Part shown: in pieces, positions 38,759 through 52,652 of the stretch
Layout of the letters: each line of letters begins with the position of its first letter
Position numbering within the stretch: position 1 is the first letter of the stretch
From: Vicugna vicugna
Taxonomy: Eukaryota
Assembly (NCBI GenBank): GCA_013265495.1
Contig: MU058213.1
Span: 5,108,854 to 5,172,853 of the forward strand
Length of the DNA: 64,000 nt
Direction of reading: 5' to 3'
The notes under the pieces: generated by a model
Told to the model about the DNA's origin: nothing
Seen by the model: only the letters and a program-made list of their open reading frames with translations
The model's database searches: none
Program-made: the position numbers and the translations under genes

Positions 38759-38870
38759 GGGATGCATATTCATCTTTTTACATCATCAGAATTAATTGGA
38801 GGAAATGCAGAACAATATTGGCTCACAGAGAGGGAGCTGGAAGTGGACCCCACCTGGGCAGAGCATATGT
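38759..38870. repeat. Copy 2 of the dispersed ~110-bp duplication
   Basis: Direct-orientation match to copy 1, offset 1738 bp. Confidence 0.9.
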
Positions 38871-41089
38871 GCATGGGACCCATTTACTGCTTTCATCACT
38901 TGCCTTCGTAGGACGGAGCCACATCTGGATCCCATTACAATTATGAAAGGTGCAGGCTTCATGCTTGCTCCAAAGCCCGGCTCTGATTTCACAACCAGGC
39001 TGGAGAAGCAGGAGGCAAGTAAATACTTCCTGTTCCATTTGTAATCAACATGCACTTGACATCAATAAACTGGGATAATTACATTATCATTATCATTACC
39101 ATCATTATTATTGGACACAACCGAGGAGACGTTAATAGAGGTTTCTGGAGGATCCTCTTGGGACAGATGGGACTAACATTGGAGTAGAGGGTGAAGAGAG
39201 AGCCATTTGTCTCTTTCCTTAGCCAAGTAGATGAGACAATTCTTTAAATGCTCTCAAAAGATGTCAAGATTTGACCAAGAGTATAGTAATCAACTGCTTC
39301 CATTGTTTCTTGCTTACAAAATCACAAGATTTCTAGGCCTTGAGCATTTTCTGGGACCCTAGAACATTAGAGGAGGAGGGGTCTTTAAAGACAGCTGAGT
39401 CCAGGCTTTCTCTCTCTCCCTTTATTTTATTTTATCTTATATTTACCCTTGAGGAAATGGAGGCCACGAGACTTGGCAGCACATTGGCTTGTGGAACTCA
39501 AACTAGAACTCCGGTCCTGGCCTACCCACTTCCTTGACTGGTTAAGGAAAACTTAACCAGGGCAACTTCCCTCTTAAAGGGCAATTTCCTAACCAGGAAT
39601 TAGACTTTCTAATGGCTCAAGACCCTTCACTTTGGCCCTTGGGCCTTCTATAGTCCATTATCTAATGTAACATAAATATTTGGGAAACAGCTACTTGGCC
39701 TCTCCCCTGGAGACAGACTTGGGAGGAGTAAACTTCACAGCAGATTATTTCTGCTGTAAACCCTCTGGGTAGTGTGGGTTGTTGGGCACTGGCAAGAATT
39801 GGAGATGTCTAAATCTCTCTCTATATATATATAGTCTACTGTTTCTTGGATGGCTTTCTTGTCATCAGCTGAAACCCAAGGGAGCAGGGATGGTGGTGGA
39901 GAGAAACAAGCGGATTATTCTGTATTCTCCATTGTTTTGCATACCACACCTACGATCCTGCTGTGTTTTTGGAATTACTCATCTGAACAGTGAATGAAAC
40001 TACCTGGTACATCCTCGCTCACAAATATGCATGAGTGCACACACACACTACTTCCTTCATCTTCCTTTTCATTACTTTTCAGTCCATCACCAGAAACACG
40101 CAGAGAGAAATAAAACCACCCAGAATCTGCACAATCGTAACAGTCCCAGGGCACAACCACTGGATGGGATCATCCCTGAATGTACCCGTAACTCTAGGAG
40201 TCTCTGATCAATCAACAAATACTGTTGATGCTAAAATTATTTTAATTATTATTTTAAAAACAAAGTATTATTAATAAGTAGATATTTAATCACAGGTACC
40301 CTCCAAGTCACTTCTTCAGTGAGCGTTCTAAAAGAAAGAAATTATGGAACATATCTTAGTGGCAATCGCCAGTCATGTTAAAGGGACACTTTCAGAGGTA
40401 GCTTTTCTGTTCAGAAAAAGGGACAAAGGAGCCAATCCAGGGTGGCTGTTCCCAAGGACTGGCAGAGCCAATGCAGAGACGTGTCCTCCTCCAAGTGTGG
40501 CTCTGGCTCATTTCCTTCAATTTGCTCACCTCTCTTGTATGAAATGACCTGATTTTCCTCAACATCTTGATGATTTATTGTAAATAAGGCTTATTTATAA
40601 GAGATCTTCCTGGAGGAATAGCAGAATTATGTAATGGCTTCCCAAGAGGCCAGTGGAGCATTAGAACACCCCTTCCTCCAATTCAGGGCAGAAACCAGAA
40701 AATAAAACCTCATTTAGCTGTTTATTCAACCAAAATAAACCTAATTCAAGGGCCTGCCAAGATTTTACAGTGCCAGAGGCAAGGGGGTGAGAAACCGGGA
40801 GGGAAACGGGAAAAGAGATTTGTAAAATGTGGGCAAGCTGGAGAGGAAAACAGCTCACCCGGCGTGAGCTTCCTGCCTTCTCAGACCCTGTTTATGAAAT
40901 CTGAGCTGCTGCACCCCCGGCACATGGAGCCAAGATCCAGAACGGATGGAAAATGAGAAAACTTCAAGCCATTTCCTGACTTCTCCAGTGTGTTCTCACC
41001 TTTTACCAGTTGGGCCCCAGACTGGACAGGTGCGAACAACATTTCCCGCACACTGTGTCCCCATTCCCCAGCCCGTGTTCCTTGGAGTT

Positions 41090-41270
41090 CAGAGGGGCTG
41101 CAAGCTGGAAGGGACCTCCAAAGGTCATCCAGTTAATCCTGCTGCCTTCAGGCAACAATGCCTCACCGTTAAAGACTGCATACTTTGTTTTGAAATATTC
41201 CACGATCCCTGTAGGTCGTCTGTTTCAAGGTTGAGCCATTCTATTTCCAAAATGTTTTCTACTTAGAAGC
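41090..41270 (-). mobile_element. L3/CR1-like 3' fragment
   Basis: GCTGGAAGGGACCTCCAAAGGTCATCCAGT...CTGCCTTCAGGCA. Confidence 0.5.
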
Positions 41271-41819
41271 AAGAGAGAAGCGAGAGCTTTATGAAAACAA
41301 ACCCTGGCTTATACTCCTTCCCCATTCTCTACTGTCTATTCTCTTAGGCCCTGTGTGATGGGCAGGGCAAGTACGTTCCCTTTATTACACTGAGATGGGG
41401 GGATTACATGGTTGGTCTGCATCACTGAACCTCTCTCGTTAGGTCTCCCAGATCATTGATGACTTAGCTCAAGTCCTTTTCACTTCATTATGTCCACCGA
41501 CCTCTAGGAAATTCTTAGGAGAGAGTAGGAGTTTCTGTTTAGCTAAGAAGAGAGAAAAGCTGGGAGAGAGCAGAGCTTCAAGAATGATGCTGCCTTCCTT
41601 AGAGCCTTATACCTGGAGGGGTTAACAGCTGGCTGCTTTCCAAATGGTGGTGGCTTCCTGGGACTCAGTCTAGAATTGTGAAGCAGACAAAAGAGGTGTT
41701 TGTGATGTGTGGAGGGAAACATTGAAGGAATTGTTCCCAGAGTTCAGAACTCTTTTCTTAGAGACATTATTCCAATTCTAAGCGGCTGTAGCTAAAAAGA
41801 ACCTTAGTGTGGCCATCCA

Positions 41820-42165
41820 GGAGAGGCTAGGAGCATGGATTCTCAAGCCAGGCTCATGGATTTGAAATGTTTCTGTACTTATCAGCTGTGTGAACTGGGT
41901 CAAGCTATTCAACCTTGAAACACTTCAGAGTAAGATGAGAATAACAGTGCCTTCCACATAGAGTTCTTGGGAGTATTAAGTTTAATTAATGTGTGTGAAG
42001 TCCTTAGATCAGTGCCTAGTACAAAATAAATGCTTTATTTCATGGATGAGGAAGTTAAAGATCAGATCTTGAAATGACTTCTTGAGGTCCCACAGCTTTG
42101 GACCAGCATTATTGAAATCAGAAACTAGGTCATGTGGCTCTCAGAGCAATCACCTTTCTAAGTCA
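41820..42165. mobile_element. Two MIR SINEs in opposite orientation
   Basis: AGCTGTGTGAACTGGGTCAAG (+), then GATGAGGAAG...GAGGTCCCACAGC (-). Confidence 0.7.
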
Positions 42166-42189
42166 TCAAAGTACTGAAAAGTGGGTGGA

Positions 42190-43130
42190 AGATTAAAATG
42201 CAGAAACAGTGTAGGGAGCAAGTTCCATAATATAAGCTGTGAAGGGATGCAAATTCCTACTGCAGTTAAAAGATGTCCAAGAACCAAGAGAGGATCTTTA
42301 TTTATTTAATGTTAAGATAGAAGATACCTGAGTGTGTTTATGGGGTGAGAAGGTGAAGACAATGAAGAGGGTGAGCTTGGATAAATAGGGGGAAATTTTT
42401 AAAAGAAGAAACAATGGAGCAAAAGCCTGAAGGAGTTAGGAGGGTTTATGGTACACAACTCAGGTGGAGGAGTTAACATTGACTGTCAGGACACTCCTCT
42501 GAGATAGAAGGGAAGGAAGTGAAGGTGGTAGGGGATGCAGAGATATACTTCTAGGTGGAAGTACCGAGAGCCTATCTAATAAATAGCAGGGCTCAAAGTC
42601 ATCTGCAGAGCAAGAGGGGCAGGGCTTAGGAGGAGTTTTGAGGAAGGCAGTGATGACTTGTAGTGGACTCTGCAGGAGTGGGAGAGAGCATTACTAGGAA
42701 ATGAGAAGCTCTGCAGAGCAGAGGGGAAGGCGGTAAATGAGAAGGACTTCCAGACTTGGGACTTTTTTCTAGCAACTCTCAGAAGCTCAGGTTTGGGAAT
42801 GAGAATCCAGGCTAGCTGGGATAACCCAGAGTTAGATGTTTGCAGGAAGGTAAACAGAAGGATGAGGTACAGAAGTTGAAGTTGCTAGTAAGAAAGGTCT
42901 GGACTGGAGGAGGAAGAAATAGAGCCAGGAGGAGACTGAATGATGGGGAGGAATGCAGGAATCAGGAAGCTGGTTGTCCTGAACAAATTGTAGAGTCGAA
43001 GTTGAAGTGAGGATGCTAGGGTCAGACACTGAGACATGGGTTCAGAACCTCAGAGATGGTACAGTTCTAGGGGATGACCAAGTGGCCTTTCCAGGGTGGC
43101 CTCGAAAGTAGGTAACTAGAGAGGAGAATA
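42190..43130 (-). mobile_element. L2 LINE internal fragment
   Basis: Purine-rich antisense L2-like body. Confidence 0.55.
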
Positions 43131-43440
43131 ACAGGAGACCAACGATCTATCCCCAGCTTGTCCTCTGGGTAGGGAAACTGTGACCCGTGCCCAGATCCCC
43201 CTTGGTAGTGGGGCATATAGTGTCTCTATCCCTTATTCCTGTTTTCTGATCGCAATTCAAACTCAAAATTTCTATCATGAATGTTACCCTAAAGGTCCTA
43301 TGGAAGAAGCTGACAGCTGACACACCGCTGTGAGTACTATGCTCTTGGATCAGCTCTACACGCGGGGTTGACCCAGGCCCCATCCTACCATACTATAGTG
43401 TCAGCCTTTTCCAGCTAACTCTCTTTTCTGACAGAGGCAC

Positions 43441-43841
43441 TGACAAAGTTTCTTTGCTTGACTAAATTTTAGTCAGCCTCCTGAAACTTATCCTAGGTCC
43501 ATCTGTGCACTTTCTTGTAAAATCCAGTCTTAGTAAGAGCCCTGCTAAGTCAGTTTAACCAGAACCCTCAACCCTTGATATCTGATAGGTTCCACATCCT
43601 CCACCCTGAGGTACAAGAATCCTGTTCGGTCAGTTTAGCCAGAATCACCCCTGATGTTTCCTCTTAGTAATTTTCCATCCATAGATTCCCACCCTGTTCC
43701 TTGGCTATGAATTCCCACTTGCCTGTGCAATATTCAGAACTGACCCGGTTCTATTCTTAGGTCTCTCACCCCCTGCTGCAATAGTCCAAAGTAAAATCTG
43801 TTTTTACCACTTTACTGTCCAGCTCTGGTTTTTCTTTGACA
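43441..43841 (+). mobile_element. MER31-family ERV1 solo LTR with 4-bp TSD
   Basis: TGACAAAG...TTCTTTGACA termini; repeated GTCAGTTTARCCAGAA; TSD GCAC at 43437-43440 and 43842-43845. Confidence 0.9.
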
Positions 43842-43899
43842 GCACTAAGGGGTTTTGAGGAATCTTCTCGATTTCAATCTTGAAAGTTTAGGAGTGTGA

Positions 43900-44190
43900 A
43901 TCAAAGAATCACAGCATCTCCAATGAACTACTACCTGCAAATTAATGTCAACTTTTTGGACCCCATTTGTCTGTTTGTTTTTCAGCATGTACCACACCCT
44001 GGAGTAGTGTGTTACATAAATTTATCATCCATTCATAAAGTAATAGTTTCTTACTTGCCATGAATTTGTCCTTTTCAAGCTTCAAAAGATAAAATGTGTA
44101 GATTCACGTATTTTATGATTTTAGAGACTGTTTTTCCCCAGCCTTCACCTTTGTAGGGTAGAGTTCTAATCTCTTTGCCTGTTCACACCC
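43900..44190 (-). mobile_element. L3/CR1 fragment
   Basis: TTTTCAAGCTTCAAAAG; CAGCCTTCACCTTTG...CTAATCTCTTT. Confidence 0.45.
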
Positions 44191-44789
44191 AGTCTTACTC
44201 CCTTCACCATATATCTTTCTCTGAGAATCTTCTTGGTCAGGGTAGTGATGGCTACTTGATTAGCCTTACAGCTTTCTGAGCACTGTTACATAACTCATTA
44301 TTTGAGCCCCACTGTAATCCTGAGTGAGGAAGAGCATCCTTCTCAGCACACAGATCAGAGAGAGGCTGACTTGACTTATGACTCTCAATTCTCCACTTCC
44401 TTCGTACCCCGAGCATTCCAGCTCTGTAGATAGGAGCATGATTTTTCAGGTTCTAGGTTCAAATCTTCACCTCTCACTTTCTATGAAATTGGGAAAATTT
44501 CAAATACAAGTCTGAATATCTTCATCACTAAAATCAGGATAGATGTGCTTATCCTGAAAGGCTTTTATGTGGAATAAATGAGATAATATCTATTTTAGTA
44601 CTCAGCCTATCATAACTACAATTCCAAATTCTTTATGTCTTTCTTGAGAATAAAATTTGGGGTACTTTTCCTGAATCATAACAGAGATCTTGACATTCAT
44701 AATTTAAAATTATAGTTTGGAAAATTCTTCTGTTATTGTACTATTTAATACTTTGTCAGACTCAAGCTCATGTTTGCTGACATGTCATT

Positions 44790-47700
44790 GAAACAGCCCA
44801 ACAGTAGAATACATATCCTTTTTAAGTGCACATAGAACATTTACCAAGATAGACCATATTCTGGGCCATGAACCAAGTTTCAATAAACTTAAAAAGATTA
44901 AAGTCATATAAAGTTCATTCACTGACCACAGTTAAAGTAATGAGAAATAACAAAAAGATATCTGGAAAATCCCCAAATACTTACAAATTAAATAACACAC
45001 CTCTGAATAATTCATAGGTCCATAGATCAAAGAAGAAATTAAAAGAGAACTAAGACAGTATTTTGAGCTAAATAAAAATGAAAGCACAATATATCAAACT
45101 TTGTGGGGCACAGCAACCAATGCTCACAGGGAAATTTGTATGCTAATATTATAAGCTAATATGCATACACCAAACTATTAGAAAAAAGATCTCAAAGAAA
45201 TGACCTGAATTTACATATTAAGAAAATAAAAAAGAGAAAGGAACAAATAATAATAAAAATAGGAGCAGAAATCAATTAAATCGAAAAGAGAAAAAACAGA
45301 CAAAATTAATGAAACAAAAATTGGTTTTTTAAAGAAGGTCAATAAAATTAATAATAAATTAAGAAAGTCAATAAAAGTCTACCCAGATTGAGTAAAAGAA
45401 AAAAAAAACACAGAATATCACAAATTAAGAAATTAAGAATATCAAGAATGAAAGAGCCATCATTACAGGTCTTAAAGATATTGGAAGGATAAGAAAATAA
45501 TTTAAACAAATTTATCCCAATATATTTGACAAATTCCTTGAAGAACACAAACAACCAAAGCTCACTCCAGAAGCAGCAGAGAACTTGACAATCCCTATAC
45601 ATATGTGAAAGAGACAGAATCTGAAGTTATAAACCTTCCCATCACAGAAACAAGTATGTCAAGGCTCAGATCAGTTTACTGCTGAATTCTACTAAATATT
45701 TAAGCTTCCTTAATATACATATATATATATACACAAATATGCATTATACAAATATACAAATTCCATATATATTTTTCAAGAAAACTGGAGACGAGGGAAC
45801 ATTTTCAAATTTAATCTTTGAGGCCAGCATTATTCTGATATGAAAACTATGAAAAGACGTTACAAAATTACAAACTAAACTCATAAACATAGACGTAAAA
45901 CCCTTAACAAAATTTTAACAGATCAAATCCAAGAATATATTAAAAAAGATAAAGTATCATGAAAAAAATAAGGTTTATTCCAAGATTGCAAGATAGGTCT
46001 AAAATTTAAAAATTAATATAATTAACCGTATTGACAGAGTGAAAAATGGAAAATGATATAACTATCTCAAAAGATCAAAAAATTTACAAAATATAATATC
46101 CATTTATGATTTTTTAAAAAACTACCAGGAAACTAGGAATAGAAGGTAATTTATTCCACCTGAAGGCCATATATGAAAAAACCAATGGCTAATATCTTAC
46201 TAAATGGTGAAAGACAATGCTTTCCCCCTAAGACTGGGAACAAGGCACTTATGCCCGCTTTTAATACTCCTATTCAAATTGTCCCGGAGGTACAATAATG
46301 CAAGAAAACAAATAAAAGGCATCCAGAAAAAAAAAACCTGTCTTTAAGATGATATGATCATTTATGCTAAGAAATCTTTTAAAAACAAAGAGAGCTACTT
46401 AGTAACTTTTAAATGGCATAAAAATGCAGAATCTTTAGGTATAACTCTTACAAGATATGTGTAATATTTGTATAACAAACATACCAAAAAAGCTACAAAA
46501 CATACAAATAAAACCCCTACAAAATACTGATGAAGAAAATCAAAAAAAACCTAAATAAGTGGGGAGGGGGTAGTACCATGTTCATTGATTAGATTTTAAT
46601 TCACTATAGATAAATCTATAAAGTTCAATACAATTCTAATCAAAATCTAAGCAAAAAAGCTTTTGTGAAAATCTACAAGTTCTTTAAAAATCTTTATGGA
46701 AGTCCAATGGAACAATTTTTAAAAAGAACAAAGCTGAATACTCCCACTACCTGATTTTAAGACTTTCCATAAAGATAAAATAAATAATCAATACAGCATG
46801 ATACTGATGCAAGAAGACATAAACCAATGGAACAGAACAGAGAAACCATAAACAGACCCATGCATTTACATCAATCGATTTTTGTCAAAAGTACAATGGC
46901 AAATTAATGGAAAAAGAGGGGAAGTCAATATTTTCAACAAATGATATTGGACTAAACAGATAGCCATATGGAAAAAAATGAAGCTAAAAACACATTCCCT
47001 TTAAAAGATATAAAAATTAACTCAAAATTGATAAGACATAAATGTAACACTTAAAACTATAAAACTTTTAGAAGAAAATTTTCACTAACTTTAATTTCCT
47101 CAAAACATCACCAATAGTATGATTCATCTAAGAAAAAAATGGATAAACTGAAAGACACTATTAGGAAAATGAAAATACAAGCCATGAATTAGAAGGAAAT
47201 ATTTGCAAATAGCATATCTGATAAAGGACACAAATCCATGTATAAGAAGAATTCTCAGAAGTTGATTAGAAAAGAAACAATATAAAGATTTAAACACTTG
47301 ACTAACAAAGAAATACAGGTGACAATAAGCACATAAAAAGATGCTCAACATCATAAATCATTTTGGGAAATATTAATTAAAACCACAATGTGATACTATT
47401 ACTCACATATTAAAAAGGCAATTCAACAACAACAAAAACCCTCGTAAGTACCAAGCCTGAAATTCTTATACATTCCTCATAGGAATGCAAAATGGTATGG
47501 CCACTAGGAAAGACAATTTGGCAATTTCTTTTAATGTTAAACATACACTTACGCTACCCAGTAATCCATCTCCTAGATATTTACCCAAGTGAAATGATAG
47601 CTAATGTTCTCACAATAATCTGTGCATAAATGTTTACAGCCACTGTATACATAATTGGTAAAAACTGGAACCAAGTGTCCTTCAACTGGTGAATGGGTAA

Positions 47701-48108
47701 ACAAACTGTGGTACATCCATACAGAGGAACACTACTGAGAAATGAGAAGGACTAAGCTACCAATACACACAAAAACATGGATGGATCTCAAGTGCATTAA
47801 GCTAAGCCAGACTCAAATGCTACATAATGTATGGTTCCATTTATATGACATTCTTATAAAGGCAAACTATAAGGACAGGAAACAGACCATGGTTGCTAGG
47901 AGCTGCTGGTGAAAGAGTCAACTACAACAGGAAACAGAGAGTTTTGGGAGGAGTGGTTGATGAAACTGTTCAATATTTAAATTGTGGTGGTAGTTATCCA
48001 ACTGTATTTATCAAAACTTACAGAACTGTATACTAAAAAGGGTTAATTTTTTGTATGTTTATGTATATTATACATTATTTTTAAAAGAAAAAGAAAAAAG
48101 AAAAAACA
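44790..48108 (+). mobile_element. L1MD/L1ME-like LINE (degenerate ORF2 from the endonuclease end to the 3' UTR)
   Basis: ACATTTACCAAGATAGACCATATTCTGGGCC; AATGGAACAGAACAGAGAAACC; ACAAACTGTGGTACATCCATAC; A-rich tail. Confidence 0.9.
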
Positions 48109-48269
48109 AGATTTAGAGAGATCAAGTTGACCAAGATCCATAATTAGTGAGTGGTGAAATTGGGATTTGAATTTAGTTCTGTCTGGCTTCAAAGTTTGTG
48201 TTCATATCAAACATGGCAGAGAAAGTTACATTCATATGCCCAGTTCCTCAATCTTCCCTATGATGATGG

Positions 48270-48415
48270 CTAAGGAGACTATGTGTATTTCACATGATCC
48301 ACCACAAACAATGGAATCTCTATGCTTATGTGAAATATAAACTTTTGCATGTTAACCCACAAATTGTGGGGCTATTTGTTACTACAGCATAACATAACCT
48401 GTTCTGATTGATACA
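48270..48415 (+). mobile_element. MLT1 LTR 3' fragment
   Basis: GGGGCTATTTGTTACTACAGCATAACATAACCTGTTCTGATTGATACA. Confidence 0.65.
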
Positions 48416-49719
48416 ATCACTATGCTGCACTCCCCAGTAGCTTCCTTTTGCAAGACCTGAGGATCTGAGTAAGAATGTTAGGTTATAGCCCTGGAACAGA
48501 AAGGAGAAAGCTGTTGAGGGTCTTGGAATCCCAGACGTAGAAGTATCGATTTTACTGAGTATGTGGTTGGGTCTTCCACATAGCTGGACATCCTGAATTG
48601 AGTCCTAAAGAACTATGAAAGGGCAGGGGCCTGGCTGCAGAACTCTGCTGACTCTGTGATTTAGCCCACTATGGCTCTGCCCAGGAGCCATTTTCCTTTG
48701 TATTAAAAAGCTAAGTCTCTCACTGGCAATCTCTCCAAAGGCCAAGCCCTTTGGGCACCAAGAGTATCCAAAGCCTTCTTGTTTGGGACCTAGTGCCCTG
48801 GCTGGCTTCTGCACTTACAGGGAATGTTTTCCTGTAAAGGTTGCAATGTTCTGTGGAAAATGTGAAGCAGAAATTGTTGTGATAAGCCCGGAGCTGAGGG
48901 GCCTCTGGGGAGCAGCCCTAGTGAGCTGGGTCACCTCATTTTGTGAGGGCCGGCCCTGGGGGAGGTTCCACAGACTTAATTAAAGCCAGCAGGAGCCTGC
49001 TGGAAGCAAGAGGAGCAAAAGAGTGAGGGCAGCAAAGAGCAGGCTAAGCCAAACCCATCTCGTCCGGCTGGAAACCAACCTGGGAGTCTCACAGGCTGGA
49101 GCCCAGGTCAAAACCAATGCACAGGACGAGTGAGGGGCAGCACAAGCAGCACTGTGGACACCAGGAGACAGGGGAGAGGATCGAGCAGGAAGTCAAGGTG
49201 GCTGACCCGGGGAGGCTAGGGGAGATCACAGCTCTTCTTTTGGAAACTAGTTCCCAGGGCTGAGCTGCTGTTGATCACCAGGGTAACCAGTGAGGGTGTA
49301 TGGGGGTTGGGGGACACAAGAATCTCAAACAAAAGTGCTCATCAAAGGTTCAGGGAAACATTTTAGAGCCAGATTCTGCTACCATATCTTCTTTTGGAAG
49401 GTTTGCTCACATGCTCCAGCCCGAGAAATCTCTTCCTCCTTTTTCTGCTGTTCGTGGACTCTTGCATGGTAAGCGTGTGGATCACAGGGGCACTGGCTCC
49501 TACCCCTGCGTATCTCTAAGCATAGCTGCTCTGGGCCCCATCTACAGACCTGGCAGGGGCTGCCTCTGGCTTTCAGGGCTACTGGCCCCACACCATACTT
49601 TGAACTGGAGAGGAATGGATGTCTTTCTCCTTCCACAGCCATGGACTTTGGGAGGACTTCTGAGAGGACTTCCAGACCAGCAGAGATGACACAGGAGTTG
49701 ACAACAGGTCTGAATATGA

Positions 49720-50420
49720 ACTTGTACCTTTGCTCAGCAATTTAGAGCCTGCAAAACCCTTTCACATATCTTGTCTCATTTTCCCCCCGATTAACTGTGA
49801 GATCGTGTAAGAGCAGGAATTCTTATTCCTATGCCACAGATGAGGGAATAGAGGTCCAAGAAAAAGTAAGTGACTCATCAGTCACAGGGGTAGATTCAGG
49901 AGCCTTTCCTACCACCTCAACCAAGAAAGTTCTGGGTTTTGTTCTGTCATATATGAGACATTGATGGGAGAGTTCTCTTGCCTAAAAAAAAATAACCATA
50001 AAAATTTGAAGATCAATACTCTGATTTCTCTGATGAGGAAACAGAGACCCAAAGAGGGGACGTGATTTTCCCAAGTACACTCTAAGTGAGGGTCCAATAT
50101 TGGGTTAGAACCCATTTCTCCTGCTTCCAGGTCAGTTTTCTTTTACCCAAATTATGGTTCTGGGCCAGAATTGTGCAATGTCTTTACTTTCTCCTAAGTC
50201 CAGGCATTGCTGTCCTTTCTTGCCAGAGTCCAGACAGAATCTTAGAATTAAGAGCAGGAAGGAGCCTTAGTCTCTGTCCAAAAAAATGGGCTTTTATGTT
50301 TCACCAATGATGAAACCACGGCCACGCAGAAGTAACTTTTCCCACATCACACAGTGAATTAGAGGCAGAAACGGGATGAACCCAGAGCCCCTGGGTCTCC
50401 AGGGCAGTGTTCTTCCACTG
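49720..50420 (-). mobile_element. Cluster of three MIR fragments
   Basis: CAGATGAGGGAATAGAGG (~49840), GATGAGGAAACAGAGACCC (~50035), GATGAAACCACGGCC (~50310). Confidence 0.7.
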
Positions 50421-52556
50421 TCTTCCCTTGCCCTGACTCCCTACCTCAAGAAATTCCTGACTCTTTCCTCACTGACATCCAGTTACCTCCCACCTTTGGC
50501 CTGGGGGGCAGTCCCACCCCTCAGAACAGGTGAAGGCTTTTCCCTGAGCTCTTAACACCAGTGGTTTTCCCTCTCCATCCCTGCCCTAGCACCAGGTGCA
50601 AGGCAACAAATTTAAGACCAAATTTAATACCCAAGAGGGTATTTCCCTCTTGGTCACAGATAGGGATAACCTATTACAGAGTGAAAATGGTAGAGGTGAA
50701 GGAGGGAGGTGTCCTTCTGTCCAGTTCTCTAATTTTGGAAAACTTTTCATGCCTGCTCCCTCGAGAGCCTACCATACTGCTGGCACAGGCCTTCGAAGCA
50801 GCCTCCATGGGTGAATGTGGGTCCACACTCTCCTTCTGCCTTAGACACATCTGCCTCCCAGTCCCAGCCAACCCTGTCTCTGAGGGGCTCATGCAGCTTC
50901 ATGTTCCCAAAAATACACACAGCACCAGGAACAGTGCTTGCACACAGCACCAGATATTTGCTTAATATTTATGATATATTATTCTAATATTTATTAATAC
51001 AACAATATTATCGTACTTTTTAAAGAGTTTAAAGAAAGAATATGTTTGAACTATATAAACAAAAAGGTATTACATAAGAAAAATGTAACAATTAATGCAA
51101 GTACCTAACATGAGCATACTCATACATCTAAAACAAAAAATGAAAAGGTAACAGGTACTCTCTCTCTGTGCATCAAAAAATTCTCTAACATAAAACATTC
51201 AAAATGTGGAGAATACTTTTTCAAGATACAGAAGACAACTGTTAAGATAGGCACATGCACAACTCTTATAAAAACGTGCTTATGGAGGATGTAATTCAAC
51301 TGAGCACTCTTCTCAGATGTGCAGAAGCTATGAAATTGTTAATCACTGGATATTGTCTCCCACTTTTGCATTGTTTGAGTTTCAACACTGATTGGTATGA
51401 ATTATGAATTACACAATTAGTCTTTTTTTAGTGTCTCTGTCAAGGTTATAACATATAACATAAAATGTTATTTAATGCTAATTGATTCATTCATAATACA
51501 TCCCAGGATCTTCATGCAGGACTAAATTCCAAGGGAGACAGAGAAGAATCCTGAGCAATATATTCCATTAGTTAGAAGAATTCGAATTAAATTCTAAATC
51601 TATTTCCCAAAATGCTTTTCTTGTACATTTGCAGTATCTTTAAAGACTCCTTAGGACCCCTGTTCTTATTAGTTTCTGTCTCTTGAATTCCTAGTTTTCT
51701 AAGACTGAAATATACTAGCTTCACTGACACAGCTGACATGTTGCAAAATTATGGAATGGTTATCAACAGGATGCTGTGTCCTGGCCAAACCAAACAGATG
51801 CCTGTCTCATGGTCTGGGGTTGGCTGGAAACATGCAGTCTGTGAGTTCTACAAGATTCTAGATTTGGACAATGCCCACAAGTGTCTGAGGGTGGGGCAGA
51901 TGGATCCGGGGTGGTTTCTGCCTCTCATGGCACTGCTTTCACCAGGCTCAGTTTACTCACCTGCAACAGGGCTGAGCGAGGTCGCTGGAATAATTACCCC
52001 TCACAACGGGACTGTGAGAAACAATTAGAGAAACACTGCGAAGTGTTTGAATGAACAAATTCATCTGAAAAACCACTTGAATGAGTCTCTGGGGAACCAC
52101 AAACAGACTTTTACAAGTTCACAGTTACTTAGCTAAGATCAGGTGATGATATTTTATTTGAGAAAAAAGAAAACACCATGTGCAGGCAGAGTTGCCCATG
52201 CTTGGGTGGAGTGGGGCCATCTGGGAGGAGGGAGCGGGCGGCCTGGCATCCACCCCTCCGGCCCCACGCTGGTGGCAACTTCTCCATCGCCCAGGTCCTG
52301 CCTTCTCCCTGCCCAGTTGTTTGGCTTTCCCAGACATCCCCTTCCGTGGCAGGCTTCTGGCTTTCTGTCTTCTTCCTGGGTTTTCATTTTCTTTCCTTTG
52401 GTTCATTTTAGAAAATCATCAGATGAAAATGCCCATAAAAGCTCAATGTTTAGCTGTGACATATGGTGGAAACTGGTCAAACGCATGTCTTCTTTACCTC
52501 TCATTTTCCAGATTATTCTTCAGGTGTGAGGGTCATATGCCCCATTTGGCAAAAAA

Positions 52557-52652
52557 TTTTTTTCTTTTTTTCATGTTTCTATATATATTTTTTCTTTTTT
52601 TTCTTTCTTTTTCTTCTTTTGTCCTTTTCTTCTTTTCTTCTCTCTTTTCTTT
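52557..52652. repeat. T/C-rich low-complexity tract
   Basis: Imperfect (TTTC)n/(T)n. Confidence 0.85.

Noticed and set aside
51180..51400. Possible hAT transposase C-terminal remnant (minus strand IASAHLRRVLS)
   Set aside because: Only a faint resemblance to ASSAxxERxFS; downstream residues do not fit and no TIRs were seen
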